This document shows positions 7,651-17,079 of a stretch of DNA of 64,000 nt, one piece after another. Every line of letters starts with the position of its first letter. The first letter of the stretch is position 1. The translations under genes and the position numbers were made by a program. Source of the stretch: a virus (lineage: Duplodnaviria; Caudoviricetes); the IMG/VR virus record IMGVR_UViG_3300021401_000005, positions 1-64,000 of that record; one strand, 5' to 3'. The notes beneath the pieces are model-generated. The model was not told where the DNA came from. It did no database searches and worked only from the letters and a program-made list of their open reading frames with translations.

Positions 7651-8263
7651 ATGGCGTGCCGGTCGAACTGACATAGCCCAGGTTCGCCAGCGCCACCCGC
7701 ACCCCGTTCAGCGACTTGCCAGACTGGCGCAGTTCGCGCGCCATCGCGACCATCGCCGGGTCCATTTCGGTCCAGCTCTTGCGCCCCTCGCATTTGCCGG
7801 TCGAAGCCTTCTTGCGCGCCCTCGCCGCCTTGAGCTTGGCGACCGTCAATGCCCGGTCGAACTCGGCCACCGCGCCCAGGATCTGGCGGACCAGGGACGC
7901 CGTCGGCGTGTCCTCGACGAAGCTCGACGGCGAATCGACGGCGATCAGCTCGACGCCGAGATCCTGAAGCATTTTCCAGCCGGTCTCCTGCACCATGAGA
8001 TCGCGGGCGAAGCGGTTGGCGGTCTCGACGAGGATCGTCCGCACGCCGTTGCTAGCGATGCGTTGGAGCATGAGGCTGAAGCCCTCGCGCTGGGTGACCG
8101 GATCGGCGCCGGAGACGGCGGCGTCGTAGTATTCGCCGACGATCTCGATGTCGTTGCGCGCCGCATAGTCGCGGACGGCCTTCTCCTGGCGGGGGAGGCT
8201 GTCTTTGTCCGCGCCGACGTTGGTGGCCGACGAGGTTCTGAAGTAGGCGACGGCGTGTTTCAT
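7598..8263 (-). CDS. small serine recombinase (resolvase/invertase family)
   Basis: AYFRTSS catalytic Ser, D..VSG, ETANRFARD, GAVAEFDR, C-terminal HTH; RBS AGGAG before ATG 8263. Confidence 0.9.
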   Translation of the reverse strand: MKHAVAYFRTSSATNVGADKDSLPRQEKAVRDYAARNDIEIVGEYYDAAVSGADPVTQREGFSLMLQRIASNGVRTILVETANRFARDLMVQETGWKMLQDLGVELIAVDSPSSFVEDTPTASLVRQILGAVAEFDRALTVAKLKAARARKKASTGKCEGRKSWTEMDPAMVAMARELRQSGKSLNGVRVALANLGYVSSTGTPFTRSVVSRMVDRDTTVA

Positions 8264-8345
8264 GGTAGACTCCTGTTGGGACCTCGGTCCCTTCCTGTTG
8301 GCGATAGGTGGGCCGCCGCGCCTCCGCAGCGCGGCGGCCTTTTCG

Positions 8346-8534
8346 TTAGGTCGTCCTGCGCACGCTGACGCGGATTTTGCCGTCGGCGAACCTCGACTTG
8401 CCGGACTTGTTGAGGAAGGCCTTGCGGCCGAGGATCTCGGCGAGGCTGCGAACGTCGATCTCGACATCGACGTCGAACTCGACCAGCTCACCCTTGCGGG
8501 TGCGCCCTCGGATACCCTTTACAATCGTGTTCAT
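8346..8534 (-). CDS. hypothetical protein
   Basis: RBS AAGGAG then MNTIVKGIRG..; co-oriented with the recombinase. Confidence 0.6.
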   Translation of the reverse strand: MNTIVKGIRGRTRKGELVEFDVDVEIDVRSLAEILGRKAFLNKSGKSRFADGKIRVSVRRTT

Positions 8535-8596
8535 GTTCGACTCCTTGGTTCGGGCGGTAGGTCGCCCGTCCTTCATATAGCACATACCGAGACAGG

Positions 8597-8611
8597 TTGC
8601 AAGATCTGCAA
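8597..8611. promoter_or_regulatory. TTGCA-N5-TGCAA operator
   Basis: TTGCA-agatc-TGCAA in a divergent intergenic region. Confidence 0.65.
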
Positions 8612-8734
8612 ATCGCGGTATCGTGCAATCGGCTGGCCGTTTCGACCAAATCCGGACCAGCCCGGGCGGCTCTCTAAGCGGCTTCGCCCCCCGACGCATC
8701 GCGGATGGGGCCGCCCGCCTTTTTTGGAGGAAAC

Positions 8735-9010
8735 ATGGCTGAACTTGATGAAGTTGCAGAACGGCTCACCCGCATGGCGCGGACGATCGGCCGGGTTGTG
8801 GGGATCGATGTCGAGGTGGTGAAAAACGGCAATCGGCTGATCTTCGTCGACGTCGACGGCGAGCCGGTCTCGAATGACGGGGACGAAGTTATCGCGACGA
8901 CCTTGGAGGAGATCACGGCGGGCAAATTTCTTGATGACTTTGCCGCCCGGGCGTTCCGGGCGGGTATGGTCCTCCGGTATCAGCAGATCGAGCGAGACAG
9001 GACTCCATGA
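8735..9010 (+). CDS. hypothetical protein (paralog of next ORF)
   Basis: RBS GGAGG; VIATTLEEITAGKFLDDF. Confidence 0.65.
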   Translation: MAELDEVAERLTRMARTIGRVVGIDVEVVKNGNRLIFVDVDGEPVSNDGDEVIATTLEEITAGKFLDDFAARAFRAGMVLRYQQIERDRTP

Positions 9011-9327
9011 GCGAGCACCAGCTCCGTCAGCAAAGCAAGGTCCGCAGCTCGTTCGAGGTGCGGCCGATCCTCGACGCGGTCGCCGCTGAGATCGGCAAGC
9101 TGCACGGCGTTGTGCTCGGCGTCTCGCACACGGCTGAGGGATTGTTTTTCATCAACGGCATTGGCGCGATCGTGCAGGACGGCCCGGTCCACATTCTCGC
9201 TTGCAGCGACGAGGAGATCGCGACCGGCGAGTTCTTGAAGTACTTCACGCCGAGATGCTTCTTCGCCGCGCTGTGCGAGCGGTTCGCGCAAGAGTACGTC
9301 CGTCAGAAGATGGGCGGCGTCAATTGA
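9007..9327 (+). CDS. hypothetical protein
   Basis: ATGA coupling; ILACSDEEIATGEFLKYF. Confidence 0.65.
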   Translation: MSEHQLRQQSKVRSSFEVRPILDAVAAEIGKLHGVVLGVSHTAEGLFFINGIGAIVQDGPVHILACSDEEIATGEFLKYFTPRCFFAALCERFAQEYVRQKMGGVN

Positions 9328-9605
9328 GCGACGATTCCAGTGATCAAGCGCTTGAGGCGCAACGCCTCGTCGAATCGATCCGGCAGTTTCTCGCCGGGAA
9401 AGGGGGGGCCGTGCAAAGCGCGGCGCTCGCGGATTTGGTCAGTATATGGTTGGCCGGAATGTTTGTCGTCGGTAACCCCAAGGCGACCGAGGCGATGCGC
9501 GATGAGCATTTGGCCGTGTTCATGAGGACGGTGCTGGACCTGATTCCGATCAATGAGGAATTGATCACCAAGCCGATGCTTGAACGGAAGCTGAAGACGC
9601 AATGA
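9324..9605 (+). CDS. hypothetical protein
   Basis: TTG start overlapping the previous stop; helical-looking sequence. Confidence 0.55.
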   Translation: MSDDSSDQALEAQRLVESIRQFLAGKGGAVQSAALADLVSIWLAGMFVVGNPKATEAMRDEHLAVFMRTVLDLIPINEELITKPMLERKLKTQ

Positions 9606-9868
9606 GCGGCAATTATTGGCAGAAGCTGGCGCAGACCAAGGTCGCCGATCTGCCCCGGCTATGTTGGAGCTGTGAGTTTTGGCTTCCTGAAATCAATTGG
9701 GACGTTAACCCTCCGGAAGAAAAGGAGATCGGAGGGTGTCACAGGTTTCCGCCGACGAGGGCAACGCTATTGGCTGGCGGCGAATCAGCGTTCCCGCGTA
9801 CTTGGGAAGGGGACGGTTGCGGCGAATGGCGCGTTGGGCTGCCCCAGGCGCGGGCGGTGCAGAAGTGA
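9602..9868 (+). CDS. small Cys-rich (CxxC..C..C) protein
   Basis: CWSCEFW..GCHRFPP..FPRT..DGCGEW. Confidence 0.65.
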   Translation: MSGNYWQKLAQTKVADLPRLCWSCEFWLPEINWDVNPPEEKEIGGCHRFPPTRATLLAGGESAFPRTWEGDGCGEWRVGLPQARAVQK

Positions 9869-10149
9869 AGCTGCCCAAGCTCGGCCCGACCGGCGACTTC
9901 CCGCACGGTAAGCTGTTCGGCGACGATCAGGGCGGCATCAATGTCGCGCTCCGCCGCTTCACCGCTCCGGACGGTCGCCGTATGGTGCGGATCGATTTCG
10001 GCAAGCCGGTCGATTGGCTGGCGCTGCCGCGCGAGCAGGCGTTAGCGTTCGCTGCGGTGATCGCGCACTTTGCCGGGGAGGAAGACGATGCCGAAGATCT
10101 GGGAAGACGCGGTCCGAGCGATCCGGAAGGCGAGTCCGAACGTCAATGA
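9865..10149 (+). CDS. hypothetical phage protein
   Basis: GTGA coupling; LGPTGDFPHGKL..DDQGG..RIDFGKPVDWLAL. Confidence 0.6.
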   Translation: MKLPKLGPTGDFPHGKLFGDDQGGINVALRRFTAPDGRRMVRIDFGKPVDWLALPREQALAFAAVIAHFAGEEDDAEDLGRRGPSDPEGESERQ

Positions 10150-10330
10150 GTACGCAGTGGCGACGAGCGCCCTCCAAAAGGCGGGCGAATTGAAGCCGGG
10201 GACTCGCGAAGCGACCAAGCTCGGGACCAAGCGCGGCAAGATGAGCCGCAAAGAGCGACACGCGAAGCCGCTGGCGGTCGGCGGCGCGGCGAAAGGGCCG
10301 TCACTGGGGAGAGCTGCGCGTCCCTCTTGA
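10088..10330 (+). CDS. small basic protein with xxxGG/PSLGRA motif
   Basis: MPKIWEDAV..YAVATSALQKAG..LAVGGAAKGPSLGRAARPS. Confidence 0.6.
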   Translation: MPKIWEDAVRAIRKASPNVNEYAVATSALQKAGELKPGTREATKLGTKRGKMSRKERHAKPLAVGGAAKGPSLGRAARPS

Positions 10331-10469
10331 CGTCAACTGCCATCCCTGCGCGAACTCCGCCACCGAGATGGCGGACTTCTGACGGCGGACCGGCAGCAAG
10401 CGAGCCATGGGAGGGGCACCGCCCGGTCCGTCTCTTGGCGTCCCCTCCCGCCCAACCGGGAGAAAGCCC

Positions 10470-10841
10470 ATGGCCCAAGCCCCTCAACGCCCAACGCATC
10501 AGTCGCAGAGTCAGCAACGCTCCCACCCCGCTCCCACCCCGCCACCGCGCCATCCAGCACAGGGGCCGCCCGCCCGAGCCGGCGTTCCCCAGCGCGATCA
10601 GCAGCCGCGCCCGGAACCCGAGGACGAAGCGCCCCCCGAGAAGATCCTCGAAAAGGACGAAGCCCTGGCGCTCTTCCGCGCCGGCCACCGGCTGAAGAAA
10701 GCGGGCGACCCGCCAAACAAGTGGATCGCGGCGTCGCGGATACACGGCGTGATGGTCTTGTGCTACCCAATGGACGAAGAGATCGAGAAGGGCATCATGG
10801 ACCAAGAGTTGGTCCTCGCGGATGATCTTCCACAATCTTGA
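10470..10841 (+). CDS. hypothetical protein, Pro/Gln-rich N-terminus
   Basis: RBS GGGAG before ATG 10470. Confidence 0.55.
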   Translation: MAQAPQRPTHQSQSQQRSHPAPTPPPRHPAQGPPARAGVPQRDQQPRPEPEDEAPPEKILEKDEALALFRAGHRLKKAGDPPNKWIAASRIHGVMVLCYPMDEEIEKGIMDQELVLADDLPQS

Positions 10842-10858
10842 TCTGAACGGGGTCGGCG

Positions 10859-13615
10859 ATGGCCGGGTTTGGCGGATTGGGTGCGATAAGACTCCCGCCG
10901 TCAGCCATCGATGGCAGCGTAGACGACCCCGACGACCTCTCGACCCGCTTCGCGCCGAAGACTATCGACCTCGACGCTGACGACGGCGACATCGACTACG
11001 ACAAGGCGACCAAGATCGAGACCGAAGACGGTGGCGTCATCGTCTATGTCGGCCCCAGGCGCATCCCGAAAGAGGATACCGAGTTCGGCGACAACCTTGC
11101 CGAGGTGCTCGGCGACTCTGAGCTGAACGGGATCGCCGACGATCTCCTGCGGCTGATCGAACAAGACAACGAATCACGCCGCGAGTGGCTCGACACGCGC
11201 GCTCGCGGCATGGAGCTGATGGGCCTTCGCATCGAGTCGATGCGCTCGTCCGGTTCTGACGGCTCCGCGCCGCTCGAAGGCCAGTCCCAGGTCCGGGCTA
11301 CGCTACTGGCGGAAGCGGTAATCCGTTTCGGCGCCAACGCTTTCGCCGAGCTGTGCCCCACTGACGGGCCAGCCAAGGTCTCCGAAGACACATCGGGCTC
11401 GACTGAAGATCTCGACGACCTTTCCGACGCGCTTGAGCACGATCTCAATCACTATCTGACCACCACCGACAAGCCGTGGGTCCCTGACACAGACCAGATG
11501 CTCCTCCGTGTGGGGCTCGACGGTTGTACCTTCAAGAAAGTCTATCATGACCCGATCCTCCGGCGGCCGATCTCACGCGCCGTGTTCGGCGACGATCTGA
11601 TCGTCAACAATAGCGCGACCTCGATCTACGACGCAGGCCGCATCACGCACCGCTCATTCATGCGCCCGTCGATGATCCGCCGCATGCAGCTCGTCGGGGC
11701 CTATCGCGATGTCCCGCTCAACGATACCGGCTTCATCGAAAAGGGACCGATGGAGCTTCAGGCCGAGCAAATCTCCGGCGTTCGCCGCTTCGACAGCTGG
11801 GAGAAGGACGACCGCGATCACGAGATCTTGGAATGCTACTGCGAACTGGACCTACCGGGGTTCGAGCACGAGACGGATGGCGAGCCGGACGGCTTGGCGG
11901 TCCCCTACAAGGTGGCGATCCACAAGGAGACAAGAACAGTCCTTGAGCTGAGAAGGAATTGGAACGAAGACGATGAGATGTGTTTGCCGAAAACGTATTT
12001 CGTACAGTATCCATTCATTCGCGGGTTCGGATTTTATGCTATTGGCCTAAGTCATCTTCTTGGAAATATTACGAACGGCATCACGGCTGCTTGGCGAGAG
12101 ATCGTCGATGCTGGCATGTTCGCCAACTTTCCAGGCCTTTTAGTTGCGAAGGGCGCGGCTAGACAGAATAACAACATATTCAGAGTTCCGCCAGGGGGTT
12201 CGGCCGAAGTCGAGACCGGCGGCCTGCCAATCCAGCAAGTGGCGATGGGCTTGCCTTACCGATCGCCAGACTCGGTCTGGGTCGGCTTCGTTCAGCAGCT
12301 GAACCAAGAGGGGAAGAGCCTCGGCGGCACGGCCGAGATCATGGTCGGCGAAGGCCGCCAGGACGCGCCGGTCGGGACGACCCTCGCCCTCATCGAGCAG
12401 GCGATCAAACCGCTCATGGCGACGCACAAGAGGCTGTGCGCGGCGCAGAGCGACGAGCTTCAGCTCCTATGCGAGCGCTTCCGCGAAGATCCGGAGGCGT
12501 TTTGGCGCTCGAACAAGCGTTCCGCCTACGACTGGGATGAGCAAGTCTTCCAGCAGGCCTTGAACACGAGCGAAATTGTCACGCGCGCGGACCCGAATAC
12601 GGCCTCGCATCTCCAGCGAATGTTGAGGAATGCCGCCCTCTACCAGATGGCGAAGGACGAACCGAGCGCTTTCAACGTCGCTACGATTCGTAAACTCTGC
12701 ATTCGGGGAATCGGCTTCGCGAACCCTGATCAATTTTTAAATCCGATGCCCTCCGGCCCGCCGCCGGACCCGAAAGCCCAGGCCGCGATGCTAACCGGGC
12801 AGGCGGCGATGATGGATGCGCAGACACGGGCCGGTCAGCTCCAGCTCGACATGCGCGACAAGCCGATGGACGACCAGCAGCACCAAGTCGATGCGCAAGT
12901 GAAGATGGCGACGTCGAAGATGGCGCTCCAGAAGCAGCAGCTCGCCACCCATACCGCTGGTTTCCAGGCCCAAAACGAGGCCCGGAAGCCACAGATGGAG
13001 GCGCAGAAGCAGCAGCACGAGGCCCAACAGAGCCAGCTCGACCGCGCGCACGACACCGCGAAGCAATTGCGCGACCAAGCGCACGAGATGAGCCTGGAAA
13101 GAGGCGGCTGGGCGCACGAAGACGCCCGGGAGATGAGGGGTCAACAGCACGAGGCCCAAATGGGCCAGCAAGAGCAGATGCACGACCGCGTTATGGGCGC
13201 GCAGCAGCAGCGATTCGACGCTGTGCGGGACATGCAGGGGCGGCAATTCGACGCCGCGAACGCACAGCAGGACCGCGCGCACGAAGACCAGATGGGTCAG
13301 CGCGAACAAGCCATCGAATCGCAGCGCGAAGAGCGCGGCCGGCAGCACGAAGAGCAAATGACCGACCGCTCGCAGCAGCACGAACGCGTCATGGGCCAGC
13401 AACAGGCCCGGGCGAAGATCCAAGAGGTGAAAGCGAGGCCTCAACCGCAGCGCACGAACGGTTCTGGCTCAGATCGGCAGAAGCGGGCGAGCGGCGGCTC
13501 GGTCCATGATGGAATCGACACGCCCTACGGTTTCGCGCGGCGCGCGCCGGACGGAAATCACTACGTGCAACATCCAAAAACGGGCCAGTACTTCAAGATA
13601 ACGAGGCGCAAATGA
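10859..13615 (+). CDS. portal protein with long Q/H/E-rich C-terminal extension
   Basis: FGDNLAE, SRREW, FKKVYHDP, GFGFYAIGL, APVGTTLALIEQ, DPNTAS motifs of podovirus-type portals; first large head gene. Confidence 0.88.
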   Translation: MAGFGGLGAIRLPPSAIDGSVDDPDDLSTRFAPKTIDLDADDGDIDYDKATKIETEDGGVIVYVGPRRIPKEDTEFGDNLAEVLGDSELNGIADDLLRLIEQDNESRREWLDTRARGMELMGLRIESMRSSGSDGSAPLEGQSQVRATLLAEAVIRFGANAFAELCPTDGPAKVSEDTSGSTEDLDDLSDALEHDLNHYLTTTDKPWVPDTDQMLLRVGLDGCTFKKVYHDPILRRPISRAVFGDDLIVNNSATSIYDAGRITHRSFMRPSMIRRMQLVGAYRDVPLNDTGFIEKGPMELQAEQISGVRRFDSWEKDDRDHEILECYCELDLPGFEHETDGEPDGLAVPYKVAIHKETRTVLELRRNWNEDDEMCLPKTYFVQYPFIRGFGFYAIGLSHLLGNITNGITAAWREIVDAGMFANFPGLLVAKGAARQNNNIFRVPPGGSAEVETGGLPIQQVAMGLPYRSPDSVWVGFVQQLNQEGKSLGGTAEIMVGEGRQDAPVGTTLALIEQAIKPLMATHKRLCAAQSDELQLLCERFREDPEAFWRSNKRSAYDWDEQVFQQALNTSEIVTRADPNTASHLQRMLRNAALYQMAKDEPSAFNVATIRKLCIRGIGFANPDQFLNPMPSGPPPDPKAQAAMLTGQAAMMDAQTRAGQLQLDMRDKPMDDQQHQVDAQVKMATSKMALQKQQLATHTAGFQAQNEARKPQMEAQKQQHEAQQSQLDRAHDTAKQLRDQAHEMSLERGGWAHEDAREMRGQQHEAQMGQQEQMHDRVMGAQQQRFDAVRDMQGRQFDAANAQQDRAHEDQMGQREQAIESQREERGRQHEEQMTDRSQQHERVMGQQQARAKIQEVKARPQPQRTNGSGSDRQKRASGGSVHDGIDTPYGFARRAPDGNHYVQHPKTGQYFKITRRK

Positions 13616-13902
13616 GCGAACCACTCGATCCCAATGAAGCGGCCACCCTTTTCTATTCGGGCTCGCCGATGGCGTTCGTCGCGGTCCCCACCGAGAGCTT
13701 CGTCTGCGGCCAATGGATGGGCCAGCGCGCCCTGGTCATGCCGATTCCGTTCGACGATCCTGTCGCCTACTTCACCGAACACCCGGTGATGCTCTACGAC
13801 CCCGATTCCGTGCCGTCCGGGCCTGCCGTCTCGGCGACAATCACGGCTGGTGCCCCCTACGCCACGGCTCCAAAGGAGAGGAAACATGGTCGCGCTCGTT
13901 AA
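13612..13902 (+). CDS. hypothetical protein
   Basis: ATGA-type coupling to the portal gene. Confidence 0.5.
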   Translation: MSEPLDPNEAATLFYSGSPMAFVAVPTESFVCGQWMGQRALVMPIPFDDPVAYFTEHPVMLYDPDSVPSGPAVSATITAGAPYATAPKERKHGRAR

Positions 13903-14284
13903 TGGACAATCTGTTGATCTGACCGTCGCCTACACCGATTCTGGAGGTGCGAGCGCCCCCGCGCCTGGGGCGGTGACTTGGTCGTCGTCTGACGACTCGA
14001 TCGCTACCGTCGAAGCCAATCCGGACGATGACACTCAGGCGACGGCGGTCTCGGTCGCGGAGGGCGTTGCGACGATCACCGCCGAGTCCGGCGGGATCGA
14101 GACCACCGAGGATGTCGACGTCTCTGCTAGCGAGGCTGTGGCGACTGAGGGCGCCATCACGGCTGGTGCCCCCTACGATACGAGTCTGCCGGGAGCGCAG
14201 GGCAGCCGTCTGCCGGGTCAGCAGCCGAAGGCTCCGGCGCCTCCCCGGCAAGTTGTGCGGACAACGACTACCCAGCGTAGGTAA
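13886..14284 (+). CDS. Ig-like (Big_2-type) domain virion protein
   Basis: VTWSSSDDSIATV..GVATITAESGG; RBS GAGG. Confidence 0.7.
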   Translation: MVALVNGQSVDLTVAYTDSGGASAPAPGAVTWSSSDDSIATVEANPDDDTQATAVSVAEGVATITAESGGIETTEDVDVSASEAVATEGAITAGAPYDTSLPGAQGSRLPGQQPKAPAPPRQVVRTTTTQRR

Positions 14285-16743
14285 TGGTTGACGATCTCGG
14301 CGACTACGACGTCGACCCGGTCGAGGGAAATCCCTTTGGCTCGATGGCGTCGTCGCCGAACGATTTCGACGTCGCGCCGGTCGATCACGATCCTTTCGCT
14401 GGCGCTGGCGGAACCCCGGCGCCAGACCAGTTCGAGCTAGCGTCGAGGCAGCCCGAAGCCACGCCGTCGAGCGCTGGCGGTCCGCCCTTGGACCCTGGCG
14501 ATCGGCAAGACCTGATCCGGACTGTCTACGGCGAAGCCGCCGGCGAGCCCGCGCTCGGCCAAGCGGCAATCGCCCACGCCATCCTCAACCGCGTCCGAGC
14601 TGGTGGCTACGGCCAGGGCATTGCTGGCGTCGTCCACGCCCCGGCTGCGGGCGTGAACCCGAAGTTCGGGTATCATGAGTTCAGCCCCTGGAACACGGGC
14701 CGCGCCACGGAAGGCAATCCCGTCGCGCAGAACCTCTCGCCGAAAGACCCGGCTTATGCGCGGATCGGCGACATCGTCGACAAGTCCTATTCGGGTCTCA
14801 TACCCGATCCGACGCACGGCGCGACGCACTATTATGGGCGAATGCCGCACCCGCCGTCATGGGCGCCGCCGCTCGCCGCGCTGAACAAGGTCAGGATCGG
14901 CGGCCAGACCTTCGTCGGTGGCGCGGAAGGCCCAGGTCGAACGCCGATCCAGACTGCCGGCGGCTACGCGGGCGGTGGCCCGGTGCAGATGAACGCGGAC
15001 TTGCAGCGGCGTCTTGCGATGATAACGCGGCCTCGACACGGGTTCGCCGACGGTGGCGATCCGGACCAGCCCGCGCCAGATGATGCGGCTCCCGCCATCA
15101 TGGGCCACGTCGCAGCGACGCCAGACCCCAATCAGCCAATGACGGCGCGCTACCTCGAAACCCGTCCGCAGGGATCGATCGCGCCTTACGACCCGTCATG
15201 GGGCGAGCGGATTCAGCAGGGCGTCAGCGAAGCGGGGCAGGCGCTCGGTCAGCCTGCTCAAGGTGCTGAGCGCCTAGGCGAGGCGGTGCGGACCGGCGCG
15301 GAGATGGTGCCCATCTCCGGCAACATCCTGTCTGGCAACGAAGCCTATCGCGACGTCCAGTCTGGCAATTACGGCTCTGCGGCGCTGAGCACGCTCGCCG
15401 CCTTTCCGATCCCCGGCGCAACCGCCGAGGAGGGCGCAACGCGCAGTGTCTTGCGTCACGCTGACGAGGCTTTCCCCGAGGGGCGGATCGCCACGGCGGT
15501 GCCGTCCAACAAGGCGCTCGTCGATTCGGCGCACGCCTCGAACGATCGGACCATCAGCTTCGACACCATGCGAGCCGACCCTGTCATGTACGGCAAGACT
15601 GCCGATCTCATTCGCAGCATGCCCGACATCCAGCTCCCGCCGAATGCCACCGACGACGAGGTGCATCAGGCGTTCATCGCTCACGCCAAGAGCAACATTT
15701 TGGCGCTGCACGACGCTGTCCCTGACGACATCCGAGGCGGCTCGCAACAGTGGTACGACGGGGCCAACCAGATCGCGGGCGATCGGGCGCAGCGGTTCAA
15801 TCGCCCGCTCGAAAACGTCGCGGGCGTCTATGCCGCGCTCTCCCCGAAAATGGACTGGTTCAAGAACGTCAGCCTCGGCGACCGGCTGATGGACATCATG
15901 CACAACCAGAAATGGTCTGGCTTTACTCCCGAGATGGATGCCTGGGTCGCCAATCGCTACGGCGGCAGCCAAGTGCCGGCCGACGTCAAGGCCGCCACTG
16001 CTTATGCGAACCTCAAGGCCAAGATGGGCCAAGGCCAGATGCTCGGCGATCTCTCTGACCCGATCGAGCAAGCGCACTTCGTCCGCGCCTATGACGAAGC
16101 GCACAACCCTCGCGGCTACAACATCGTCAATCCCGATGGCTCGTTCGCAGGCCCAGCCATGACCGGGAAAGGCGAGGAAGGCGAAGTCGGTTGGGCCGGG
16201 TTCAACGCGATGGCGAACGCCATCAAGTCATTCAACGCACAAGACATGACGACGGTCTCGAAAGCGATGGGCGACCGGCACAAGGTGCGCTCGTTCTACA
16301 ACAACATCGTCGCGCCGAACTCGCTCGCTGGCGATGTCACTGCCGACACGCACGCTATCGCCGCCTCGCACTTGCGACCCTTCTCGCTCGCTGACGAAGA
16401 GGTGACTAACGGTCTTGGAAGCACTGGACCGAAGTCAGGCGAAACCGGCGCCAAAGGGCTCTATGGACTCTACGCCGATGCTTATCGGCAGGCGGCGGCC
16501 GAGCGCGGGATTCTACCGCGCCAGATGCAATCGATCACTTGGGAGGCGCTGCGCGGCCTGTGGACCCCGGCAGAGAAGCGCAGCGCTTCCATCAAGCAGG
16601 GGGTCGAGGATTCGTGGAACGCCTACGGGGGGCGCAACGGCCTGACACTGCCGCAAGTCCAACAGCGGCTGATCGGAACGCCGTCGCGCATCAGGGCACC
16701 GTCTTGGCACACGGGCGCCGCCGGGGAGGAGCTGGAGCCCTAG
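14284..16743 (+). CDS. virion protein: SleB/Hydrolase_2 cell-wall hydrolase plus C-terminal DUF7178-like domain
   Basis: RTVYGEAAGE..AIAHAILNRV..DPTHGATHYY; later WYDGA..AGVYAALSP..KVRSFYNNI..VTADTH..QMQSITW. Confidence 0.75.
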   Translation: MVDDLGDYDVDPVEGNPFGSMASSPNDFDVAPVDHDPFAGAGGTPAPDQFELASRQPEATPSSAGGPPLDPGDRQDLIRTVYGEAAGEPALGQAAIAHAILNRVRAGGYGQGIAGVVHAPAAGVNPKFGYHEFSPWNTGRATEGNPVAQNLSPKDPAYARIGDIVDKSYSGLIPDPTHGATHYYGRMPHPPSWAPPLAALNKVRIGGQTFVGGAEGPGRTPIQTAGGYAGGGPVQMNADLQRRLAMITRPRHGFADGGDPDQPAPDDAAPAIMGHVAATPDPNQPMTARYLETRPQGSIAPYDPSWGERIQQGVSEAGQALGQPAQGAERLGEAVRTGAEMVPISGNILSGNEAYRDVQSGNYGSAALSTLAAFPIPGATAEEGATRSVLRHADEAFPEGRIATAVPSNKALVDSAHASNDRTISFDTMRADPVMYGKTADLIRSMPDIQLPPNATDDEVHQAFIAHAKSNILALHDAVPDDIRGGSQQWYDGANQIAGDRAQRFNRPLENVAGVYAALSPKMDWFKNVSLGDRLMDIMHNQKWSGFTPEMDAWVANRYGGSQVPADVKAATAYANLKAKMGQGQMLGDLSDPIEQAHFVRAYDEAHNPRGYNIVNPDGSFAGPAMTGKGEEGEVGWAGFNAMANAIKSFNAQDMTTVSKAMGDRHKVRSFYNNIVAPNSLAGDVTADTHAIAASHLRPFSLADEEVTNGLGSTGPKSGETGAKGLYGLYADAYRQAAAERGILPRQMQSITWEALRGLWTPAEKRSASIKQGVEDSWNAYGGRNGLTLPQVQQRLIGTPSRIRAPSWHTGAAGEELEP

Positions 16744-16955
16744 CCCCGCTCCACCCGCTGCCAAGGCTCCGGCAGCTCGGCCTCGTCCTCGGCCGTCCAC
16801 GGCTTCGGCGTATCGCCGCCCCAGTTCAGGTCGATCCACGTCTGCCGGGTGAGCGGCAGGCCGTTCTTGATCATGTAGGCCAGCATCGGGTTGTGCTGGG
16901 CCGCGTGGAGCAGCTCCGGGTCGACTCGTCGTTGGGTCTGCTGGATTTGGGCCAT
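16740..16955 (-). CDS. small hypothetical protein
   Basis: RBS AGGAGG; lies just downstream of the orphan GGC-NN unit on the minus strand. Confidence 0.7.
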   Translation of the reverse strand: MAQIQQTQRRVDPELLHAAQHNPMLAYMIKNGLPLTRQTWIDLNWGGDTPKPWTAEDEAELPEPWQRVERG

Positions 16956-16974
16956 CCCAGCCTCCTATTGGAAT

Positions 16975-17069
16975 GGGGCGGGACCTAAGCCCCGCCCCCC
17001 GCGCCTGCCTTGCCGTGCCATGCCGGACCGAGTCCAGCCTCGCCCAGCCAAGCCGCGCCTTGCCACGCC
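16975..17069 (-). ncRNA. orphan GGC-NN unit with 3' hairpin
   Basis: Minus strand: 12 in-register pentamers from 17069, GGCAGGCGC, then GGGGCGGGG-CTTAGG-TCCCGCCCC. Confidence 0.72.
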
Positions 17070-17079
17070 TCGGTGCGAT

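Noticed and set aside
7598-8491. Large serine integrase or a 297-aa recombinase
   Set aside because: The catalytic motif begins right after ATG 8263 with its own RBS; too short and lacks the Zn-ribbon of large integrases; no att site identified
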